A stretch of DNA of 40,847 nt from assembly GCA_050739495.1 (NCBI GenBank), contig JBOIBL010000104.1, positions 1 to 40,847 of the forward strand, given 5' to 3'. The position numbers were made by a program, and so were the translations under genes. The stretch is from Gammaproteobacteria bacterium. GTDB lineage: Bacteria; Pseudomonadota; Gammaproteobacteria; Natronospirales; REEB76. The notes under the pieces were generated by a model. That model worked only from the letters and a program-made list of their open reading frames with translations. It made no database searches and was not told the DNA's origin. Shown here piece after piece: positions 1-7,147 of this stretch. Numbering within the stretch: position 1 is the first letter of the stretch; every line of letters starts with the position of its first letter.

Positions 1-839
1 ATGGCCAGCAGCGCCGTCCAGTTCTTGAAGGCGCCGCGTTTCTCGGTGACTGCGAGTGAATGCACCAGCGCCGTGCCTACGAGCCAAGGCATGAAGGATG
101 CGTTCTCGACAGGATCCCAGAACCACCAGCCGCCCCAACCCAGTTCGTAGTAGGACCACCAGCTGCCGAGGGTGATACCGAAGGTAAGGAACAGCCAGGC
201 AACCAATGTCCAGGGACGTGACCAGCGTGCCCAGGCGGCGTCCATGCGCCCGCCCAATAGCGCAGCAACCGCAAACGCAAACGCCACCGAAAACCCGACA
301 TAGCCGGTATAGAGCATCGGCGGGTGGATAGCCATGGCCGGATCCTGAAGGATTGGATTCAGGTCCCTGCCCTGCCCGGCCGGTGGCAGCAAACGGGTGA
401 AGGGATCCGAGGTGAACAGCATGAACAGCAGGAACCCGATACTGATTACCCCCAATACACCCAATACCCGACTTACCAGCTCCATCGGCAGATGGCGGCT
501 GAAGCGCGCGACTGCGATGGTCCAGATACCCAGGACAGTTACCCACAGCAATAACGAGCCCTCATGCGCTCCCCACACCGCCGTGATGCGATAGGGCCAT
601 GGCAATGAGGTATTGGAATTTTCGGCAACATATTGGACCGAGAAATCGTTGGTCAGGAACGCGTAAGCGAGTGCCGCGAAAGCGAGGATCACGAACCCCG
701 CCTGTGCTACGGCGGCCGGTCGTACCACCGACATCCAGATCAGTTGCTTGCGCCAAGGGCCGATCAAGCCGAAACCTGCCTGGGCGACGGCAAGGCATAA
801 CGCCAGGATGAGTGCCAAGTGTCCGAGTTCAGGAATCAT
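1..839 (-). CDS. ccmF: cytochrome c-type biogenesis haem lyase CcmF, N-terminal part (continues past the left edge)
   Basis: The frame is open from ATG (839-837) to the window edge. It is absent from the ORF track because it has no stop in the window. My translation is [29 protein letters not shown]...[30 protein letters not shown]...[29 protein letters not shown]. It contains the Trp-rich [12 protein letters not shown] haem-handling motif and the hydrophobic helices typical of CcmF. Confidence 0.9.
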   Translation of the reverse strand, partial: MIPELGHLALILALCLAVAQAGFGLIGPWRKQLIWMSVVRPAAVAQAGFVILAFAALAYAFLTNDFSVQYVAENSNTSLPWPYRITAVWGAHEGSLLLWVTVLGIWTIAVARFSRHLPMELVSRVLGVLGVISIGFLLFMLFTSDPFTRLLPPAGQGRDLNPILQDPAMAIHPPMLYTGYVGFSVAFAFAVAALLGGRMDAAWARWSRPWTLVAWLFLTFGITLGSWWSYYELGWGGWWFWDPVENASFMPWLVGTALVHSLAVTEKRGAFKNWTALLA

Positions 840-1064
840 GTCACAACCTACTCTAATATCTGAGAACGAATAGCGGCCGGATAATCAGAACGACAACATA
901 AATCCACTTACCATTTTACAGATTTTGTGAATGCAACCCTAAAATTCAAGATTTCAATTTGATGGCGACAGAAGGCGGACGGCACAAGGACCACGGCGAG
1001 CTTGATGGTACTCCATTTTTTTTGAAGGGGGGCACGCCCGCACTCCCGAAAGTCTGTAACACTC

Positions 1065-1093
1065 TTGACATGATTATCACATAGGGCTAAATA
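1065..1093 (+). promoter_or_regulatory. candidate sigma70 promoter for the AraC-family gene
   Basis: TTGACA (1065-1070), a 17-nt spacer, then TAAATA (1088-1093). It lies in the AT-rich 841-1225 intergenic region, about 130 nt upstream of the ATG at 1226. Pattern match only. Confidence 0.3.
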
Positions 1094-1225
1094 TCTCGTT
1101 ATATATATAAAGTCCCCGACATGAAATACAAAATTTAGGTAGTCGAGTTTGGTTGTGGAGTCCGGATTTACCCACGACCATTAAGAACAATGGCTTTATG
1201 AAAGTATCAAAATCTGGGGTATGCG

Positions 1226-2137
1226 ATGCTGCAAACCATTCGGTTCCCACCGCCCTGCTCGGTTGAGCAATTCCCGAATTACATGGTCAGTGCGCCCCGC
1301 ATTGTCAGTACCGGGCGCGGCTGGACCGGCATTACTGCCCGGGTTTACGACCTGCCCGCTAACCCTGAAGTAGTCTCACTACCGGCGGTAGATGATTTCT
1401 GCATCAGCCTACGCCTTTCCAAGACTCCAATGGATGTCGAGCGTTCATTCGGCGGCCTGTTCAAAAAAGCGCGTGTGACCGAAGGCTCGATCAGCTTTGT
1501 GCCCGCGAAATCCGCCGTGTCGTGGCGTTCTGATGAGCCGCTTAGCGTCATGCATATCCATATCAGCCACAGTTTCCTGCAAAGTCATTTGAGCGATGCT
1601 ATTCAGGATCACTGCGTGGACCGAATTGAATGCCTGGATATGCTGGGCATAAGGGATGAGATGCTATGGGAACTTGGACGCGGGTTTTTGTCTGAAATGA
1701 CGACTCCAAATATGCAGGACAGGCTATACGTCGAGTCCCTGGGCCACATGATTGCCACTCACCTGATGCACCGCTACGCCATCGACTTGAAGCGGCAGCC
1801 TGGTTTGCCGCTGACCTTGTCACCTTCCGGCATAGATAAAACAATCAAGTTCATCGATGAAAATCTTGATCAGGACTTGAGTCTGGAGCAGTTAGCCAAC
1901 GTGGCGCATCTCAGCCTCTATTATTTCTTGAGGCAATTCAAAACCATTTGTGGCATGACGCCGCATCAATATGTGCTGAAGTCGCGTATCAAGCGTGCCA
2001 AGCACTTGCTTGCTGCCACCAGATATTCAATTGTCGAGATTAGCCAGATGACCGGTTTTGTGAGTCAGAGCCACTTTGCCAATGTCTTCAAGGCTCAAGC
2101 TGGAGTAACGCCGAGAGCATTCCGGCGCAATCGCTAA
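1226..2137 (+). CDS. AraC/XylS-family transcriptional regulator
   Basis: 303-aa ORF. The C-terminal double HTH is typical of AraC/XylS (LSLEQLANVAHLSLYYFLRQFKTICGMTPHQYVLKSRIKRAKHLL...GFVSQSHFANVFKAQAGVTPRAFRR). The N-terminal ~190 aa form a sensor-like domain of unknown ligand. An alternative start is Met20. Confidence 0.85.
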   Translation: MLQTIRFPPPCSVEQFPNYMVSAPRIVSTGRGWTGITARVYDLPANPEVVSLPAVDDFCISLRLSKTPMDVERSFGGLFKKARVTEGSISFVPAKSAVSWRSDEPLSVMHIHISHSFLQSHLSDAIQDHCVDRIECLDMLGIRDEMLWELGRGFLSEMTTPNMQDRLYVESLGHMIATHLMHRYAIDLKRQPGLPLTLSPSGIDKTIKFIDENLDQDLSLEQLANVAHLSLYYFLRQFKTICGMTPHQYVLKSRIKRAKHLLAATRYSIVEISQMTGFVSQSHFANVFKAQAGVTPRAFRRNR

Positions 2138-2435
2138 ATCTTCTTCCCGCCTCTCTAAAGCGTTGAATGTGGCGTGCTCGCAACACGTCTATAGCACCGT
2201 TTTACCCTAATCAAGACTGAGACCTTAGTTCGCGCCAACACAGCAATTTCAAAATAAAAGTCGGCAACTATAGGCAAGTAATTGACATCCCTCGTGCCAC
2301 ACTTAAGCTGGTGCAAAACATCGCTAAGCAATTCAATCACATGTTGAAACTTGCTTGGCAATCTTAAAATTAATGGCAAATACGACAATAAAGCGACGAC
2401 CACGCCGGAGCTGAAGCACGTCGGAGGTATGGGTA

Positions 2436-3974
2436 ATGCAAAAAGCAACAAAGTCAGAAATTGGGCAGCAAGCGTGGCGTCGCTCGATAGCGCCGCTGAT
2501 AGCGCTGATTTTCATTGGTTTGGTAGGCACCTTGATGCCGGCCAAAGATGCCAATGCCTTACCGGCTTTTGCCCGCAGATACCATCTGGTATGCAACGCT
2601 TGCCACACCCGGGAACCACGGCTGAATGCCTTCGGTGAACGTTTCTTCGAGAACGGCTTTCAGCTGCCTGGATCCGAGGATGGCGATGTTGCCCATCAGA
2701 TTTATCTCGGCAACACGGTCAATCACGCCGCGCTGAATGACGCATCGAATTATTTCGCGGTTCGCATACGTGGTCAGGCAGTTGACTATCAGTCCGATCA
2801 GCCCAGTGCAGACACTAACCGTCTGGATATCTCGCACATGATTCTGGATGGCTCGATATTTACCGCCGGTCCGATAACGAAAAATATCAGTTTCTTTGGG
2901 GAGTTTGCCGGGAGTACCCAGGATTCGGTGGTATTGAATACCGCGTCATTGCAATTCACGAATTTGGTCGGTTATCAGGATCTGAATGTGATCCTCGGAG
3001 CAGTCCAGACCGATGAATTCTTTGCTTATCCAAACGATCGTAACCAGATCAATTCATTGGATGGTTCCGAAGACGATAGCGGTTCTCCAGTCGGATACGA
3101 CCGTATTCCGATCGCACCGGCGGCATTCAACTTGAACATGTTTGGCCTGACCACAGGGAATGCCAACCTCGGGGCCGGAGGCGGCTTCGGCTTGTCTCCT
3201 TACGATCCCTTTGGCTTCAATGGTGGAGACAACGAAGAACAAGTATCGCTTTACGGCCGCCCATTCCAGGACAAGAGATTCCTGTACAGCGTGGGTTTGG
3301 CGCAGAACCATACGGCGGAAGATAACCCGCAGATCAGACACGATATCTTCGTATTGGCACGTTATGACTTTTTCCCGGGTGCTTACCAGGAGCTGGCCGT
3401 TTCCGGCTTCTACTACAAGGCGCCCAGTGCTGTCCGGGCAACGGTACCACTTGATCCGACCACCGATCCCGGAGACCCGGCTTGCACGACATTCCCCTGC
3501 TATCAATTGGGTCAAGTGGAAGATGTGGACAATTATGGCTTGGGCGCCAGGTGGTATACCGGGCCATTTGATATCTACTCGGCGCTTGTCTGGCACAAGA
3601 TAGATAGTCCCCGCTTCACTAACCCGGGTGCACAACAGGCCCAGTTCAAGAATACCGGGATGGGGTTCACGGTGGAGGCTGATTATCTGTTCAACGATAA
3701 GTGGCTTGGCGGGGTGCGCTACGACTATGCCAGCCCAGGCGGGCTGGAGAAGCTGCCACCATTGCTGCAGGGCACTGCACCCGAGATAAATCAGAAGTAT
3801 TCATATATCAATCTCCTGGCCAAATATTATCCGGCACCGAATTTTGCGATATACGGCCAGTTCACGCATAACCTCAACGGGACGAACCAGCTGCCATTGA
3901 TATTTGGAGGCGGCAATACGCCGGCGACAAATAACCGCAACGTGATTGCTTTCGGGTTCGACTGGGGCTTCTGA
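2436..3974 (+). CDS. cyc2: Cyc2-like fused monohaem cytochrome c / outer-membrane porin (copy A)
   Basis: GGAGG lies 9 nt upstream of the ATG. There is a signal peptide (...LMPAKDANA|LPAFARRY). A single CxxCH (CNACH, nt 2592-2606) follows right after the predicted cleavage site, in the context FARRYHLVCNACHTREPRLNAFGERF. The remaining ~450 aa are Gly/Asn/Tyr/Asp-rich with alternating beta-strand-like segments. The protein ends ...VIAFGFDWGF, a terminal-Phe OMP signature. The architecture matches Cyc2 of Fe(II) oxidisers as I remember it. Confidence 0.7.
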   Translation: MQKATKSEIGQQAWRRSIAPLIALIFIGLVGTLMPAKDANALPAFARRYHLVCNACHTREPRLNAFGERFFENGFQLPGSEDGDVAHQIYLGNTVNHAALNDASNYFAVRIRGQAVDYQSDQPSADTNRLDISHMILDGSIFTAGPITKNISFFGEFAGSTQDSVVLNTASLQFTNLVGYQDLNVILGAVQTDEFFAYPNDRNQINSLDGSEDDSGSPVGYDRIPIAPAAFNLNMFGLTTGNANLGAGGGFGLSPYDPFGFNGGDNEEQVSLYGRPFQDKRFLYSVGLAQNHTAEDNPQIRHDIFVLARYDFFPGAYQELAVSGFYYKAPSAVRATVPLDPTTDPGDPACTTFPCYQLGQVEDVDNYGLGARWYTGPFDIYSALVWHKIDSPRFTNPGAQQAQFKNTGMGFTVEADYLFNDKWLGGVRYDYASPGGLEKLPPLLQGTAPEINQKYSYINLLAKYYPAPNFAIYGQFTHNLNGTNQLPLIFGGGNTPATNNRNVIAFGFDWGF

Positions 3975-3989
3975 TTCGGAGGACAAAAA

Positions 3990-4844
3990 ATGAAAATTTG
4001 TCGCAACACTCTAAGCGGGATCGCGATAGGTATGTTGGCCATGATCGCGGGATTCTATGTGCCATGCACATCGGCGGCGGACTCCAATGATGCGGCTGCC
4101 AGCTATTTGCCGATCGAGCCATCACCATACACAGACAAACCTGCTGATAATGCCGATGCGCAAGCCGAAGGCAGACTGATTTTTGAGCGTGGATGTGCGC
4201 TTTGTCATGGAATGGATGGCAAGGGAGATGGCCCCACGGCCTATTTCATAGGCCGTAGTTCCGGACCACGCCCCCGCGACTTCACTTCCGGAACCTTCAA
4301 ATTCCGTTCAACCGAAAGCGGCGAATTGCCGACCGATGAAGACCTCTTCCGCACCGTTAGCGAAGGCATCCCCGGATTCATGCCGGCTTATGGAGGTTTA
4401 TCGGTGGTCAACCGGTGGAAGGTGATTTATTACATCAAGACTTTCTACCCTGGGTTCAAGGATGCGAAGCCGGCGGTTATCAAAGTTGTCGGGCAACCAG
4501 CGATGCCCACCGTCGCGAGTATCGATCACGGGCACCAGTTGTACCAGCGGATGCACTGTTGGGAGTGTCACGGCGGCGGTGGCGAAGGCGATGGATCGAA
4601 AGCCCCGACTCTCAAAGATGACTGGGGGATGCCGCTACCACCGGCCAACCTCACGTTGCCGCAATCGTTCAAGAACGGTCATCGTCCAGTGGATATATAC
4701 ATGACCATCATGACCGGCCTGAACGGTACCCCCATGCCCTCCTACAGCGACCTGTTCCAAGGCCATGAACAGGATGCGTGGGATCTGACCAATTACATAC
4801 TGTCGCTGTCTGCGGATGGGAGCGGTAAGCAAAAGGATTACTGA
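3990..4844 (+). CDS. periplasmic dihaem cytochrome c
   Basis: GGAGG lies 7 nt upstream. It has an N-terminal signal or anchor helix and two CxxCH motifs (CALCHG, CWECHG). Each is followed by a Met-containing segment (GIPGFMPAY; GLNGTPMPSY). It is clearly paralogous to residues ~280-520 of the 7144-8862 product. Confidence 0.85.
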   Translation: MKICRNTLSGIAIGMLAMIAGFYVPCTSAADSNDAAASYLPIEPSPYTDKPADNADAQAEGRLIFERGCALCHGMDGKGDGPTAYFIGRSSGPRPRDFTSGTFKFRSTESGELPTDEDLFRTVSEGIPGFMPAYGGLSVVNRWKVIYYIKTFYPGFKDAKPAVIKVVGQPAMPTVASIDHGHQLYQRMHCWECHGGGGEGDGSKAPTLKDDWGMPLPPANLTLPQSFKNGHRPVDIYMTIMTGLNGTPMPSYSDLFQGHEQDAWDLTNYILSLSADGSGKQKDY

Positions 4845-4901
4845 AAAATCGGGTCGATCAATCAATAAAATCTCCACTCACTCTCATTCTGGAGCATTGA
4901 A

Positions 4902-5630
4902 ATGAAGGTTTTCTTCAGCGTGTTCATGATCGGTGCAACCACCATGCTGTTTTCGCCGCAGACCGCCCTGGCCTATGCAGGGGGTACGGTGACAAAAGGC
5001 GGCACTATATCCGGGACGATATCTTTCAAAGGCACGCCTCCCGCGGAACCGATCATACAGGTTGATAAGAACATCGATTACTGTGGCAAAACCATTCCGG
5101 AAGACTGGTACGTAGTGAATAAAAAGGATGAGGTGGCAAATGCCGTAGTTTTGCTTGAAGACATTTCGAGCGGAAAACCCATCGACAAGAGCGCCGTCGT
5201 CCAGTGGGACAATCACAAGTGCATGTTTGATCCCCATGTGGCGATAGCCGTGGCCGGGCAGACACTGGACATCAAAAACAACGACCCGATACTGCATAAC
5301 ACGCATTTTCACATGATGCCATCTGGTCGCACGTTGTTTAACGAACCGCTGCCATTCAAAGGTCTGTCGATCAACAAGAAGCAACCGATCGCGCACCCCG
5401 GGGTCGTGAAAGTTACCTGCGATGCACATCACTGGATGCTTGGGTATATCTATGTCAATGATAATCCGTATATCGACAAGACCGGTGACAATGGGCATTT
5501 TGAATTAACCGATGTGCCACCGGGCACATACACATTGAAAATATGGCACGAAAAATTTGGAGAACATGAAGAGAAGGTTACGGTAACAGCAGGAGGAAAA
5601 GTTACCGTAAATTATAGTTTCTCAAAATAG
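4902..5630 (+). CDS. periplasmic cupredoxin-like (type-1 copper) protein with a C-terminal CarboxypepD_reg-like beta-sandwich
   Basis: Signal peptide (MKVFFSVFMIGATTMLFSPQTALA). It has DPILHNTHFHM (compare amicyanin or plastocyanin HNV/HNI). About 40 residues later comes VTCDAHHWM, which has the Cys-x2-His-x2-Met spacing of the amicyanin copper loop (nt 5418-5438). The C-terminal GHFELTDVPPGTYTLKIWHEKFG resembles carboxypeptidase-regulatory-like domains. Confidence 0.6.
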   Translation: MKVFFSVFMIGATTMLFSPQTALAYAGGTVTKGGTISGTISFKGTPPAEPIIQVDKNIDYCGKTIPEDWYVVNKKDEVANAVVLLEDISSGKPIDKSAVVQWDNHKCMFDPHVAIAVAGQTLDIKNNDPILHNTHFHMMPSGRTLFNEPLPFKGLSINKKQPIAHPGVVKVTCDAHHWMLGYIYVNDNPYIDKTGDNGHFELTDVPPGTYTLKIWHEKFGEHEEKVTVTAGGKVTVNYSFSK

Positions 5631-5725
5631 CAGCGATATTTCCCGCCCTCATATACCCACATGTACGAAGGGCCATGCGCTGCTATCGCAGTGTCAAGAT
5701 ACGCTTTTAGTCAGGAGTTAGACTA

Positions 5726-7147
5726 ATGCCAAATCCAACGACTCCCTCTGCATCTTTATCTAACCTCGACGAACTCATCGATCGCCCTGTCGTGATCCAG
5801 TGGCTGGCGTGGGGTCTGTTCTGGTTGATGATAGGACCGTCTATCGGCGCACTTATCTCGACGCAATTTGTCTATCCTGACGTCACCGGCACGTGGTTGC
5901 CGCTGCAATTCGGTAGATTGCGCCCTATCCACGTCAATACGGTGGTGTACGGCGCCTTCTCAGGACTGTTCATCGGGTGTGTGCAGTATCTCCTGCCGAG
6001 ACTTACCGGCGTCAGGATTCCCTGGCCACGTGTCAGCCGGCTGATGGTGTGGATCTGGAACCTGGGTATATTGTTCGGCGATCTTAGCCTGGCCGCGGGT
6101 TATAACCAGGGTCTGGAGGTGGCCGAATACCCGCTGATCATCGATATATTTGCCTTCGTGGGTCTCTTGACCCTGACGATACAGTTCTTGTTGGCGATAG
6201 GGCGGCGCACGCATCAGGATGTCTATGTGAGTCTCTGGTATCTGATGGGGGCTTTCGTATGGACATCGATGAACGAGATCTTAGGCAATTTCATCGTCCC
6301 CTATTACATTCCAGGCATAAATAACGCGGCCTTTCACGGCCTCTACCTGCATTACACCGTAGGCCTCTGGCTGACACCGGCAGGTTACGTGCTGATCTAT
6401 TACTTTCTGCCGGCGAGCGTCAAGAACCCGATATACAGCCACAAGCTTTCGATGATCGGATTCTGGTCTTTAGCGCTGTTTTATCCATTCGTGGGTATCC
6501 ACCATTATCTCTATAGCCCAATCGCGGACTGGGCGGAGACGTTAGCGATTATAACGTCGATGTTATTGATTATTCCGGTATGGACCGTATTGCAGAACTT
6601 CTTTGGAACGATGATCGGAAGGTGGCATACCTTTAGCAACAATCTTCCAGCAAAATTCCTGATTATCGGGTCGATTATGTACCTGCTGGGCTGCTTCCAG
6701 GGATCGACTGAAGCTTTGCGATCCATCCAGAAGCCGACGCACTTCACCGACTTCGTGATCTCACATTCTCACCTGACCGTATTCGGTACTTTCGTGATCT
6801 GGGCGATCGGAGGAACCTTGTATGTCTGGCCAAAGATGTTTGACCGAGAATTGTATTCGTTCAAGCTGGGCAACTGGTCGTTCTGGCTGATCACGATAGG
6901 CATATCTACCATGGGTGTCGTCCTCAGCGCCCAAGGGTTGCAGCAGGGATTCATGTGGATGAACGGCACCGAATGGATCGATTCGCTCGTACCCATGAAG
7001 CCTTTCTGGATCGTACGGACCCTGGCCGGCATATCGATGGATATGGGCATGAGTCTAATAGTGTTCAACCTGATGATGACGGCCCTTTCACGTGATGACA
7101 AGAAAACCAGTGCTTCGGGCGCTGTCGTCGGGGGGGCTGCGTCATGA
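5726..7147 (+). CDS. ccoN: cbb3-type (C-family) haem-copper oxidase subunit I, divergent CcoN
   Basis: AGGAG lies 9 nt upstream. The product is 473 aa and polytopic. Ligand motifs line up with the canonical CcoN motifs as I remember them. These are RPIHVNTVVYG (haem b His) and YLHYTVGLWLT (vs YGHNAVGFFLT, CuB His). Also FYPFVGIHHYLY (Tyr-x5-HH, vs YIWAGPHHLHY) and FVISHSHLTVFG (vs GHVH, haem b3/b His). Confidence 0.85.
   Translation: MPNPTTPSASLSNLDELIDRPVVIQWLAWGLFWLMIGPSIGALISTQFVYPDVTGTWLPLQFGRLRPIHVNTVVYGAFSGLFIGCVQYLLPRLTGVRIPWPRVSRLMVWIWNLGILFGDLSLAAGYNQGLEVAEYPLIIDIFAFVGLLTLTIQFLLAIGRRTHQDVYVSLWYLMGAFVWTSMNEILGNFIVPYYIPGINNAAFHGLYLHYTVGLWLTPAGYVLIYYFLPASVKNPIYSHKLSMIGFWSLALFYPFVGIHHYLYSPIADWAETLAIITSMLLIIPVWTVLQNFFGTMIGRWHTFSNNLPAKFLIIGSIMYLLGCFQGSTEALRSIQKPTHFTDFVISHSHLTVFGTFVIWAIGGTLYVWPKMFDRELYSFKLGNWSFWLITIGISTMGVVLSAQGLQQGFMWMNGTEWIDSLVPMKPFWIVRTLAGISMDMGMSLIVFNLMMTALSRDDKKTSASGAVVGGAAS

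Noticed and set aside
2282-2310. TTGACA at 2282-2287 as the -35 of the cyc2 operon promoter
   Set aside because: No acceptable -10 hexamer lies 16-18 nt downstream (TTAAGC/AAGCTG). The promoter may be activator-dependent, so I do not call it.
2436-3974. Interpreting the porin-like proteins as MtrB/PioB/MtoB-type barrels of a porin-decahaem complex
   Set aside because: Those barrels carry no haem motif and are partnered by a decahaem MtrA/PioA/MtoA gene. Here the barrel protein itself carries one CxxCH. No multihaem gene with more than three CxxCH sites is present anywhere in the window.
3054-5498. Antisense ORFs within the island (3054-3635 -, 3160-3603 +, 4884-5498 -, 6769-7101 -, 7639-8010 -)
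   Set aside because: Each lies inside or opposite a gene with clear motifs (Cyc2-like, cupredoxin, CcoN, CcoO). They have no RBS or signature.
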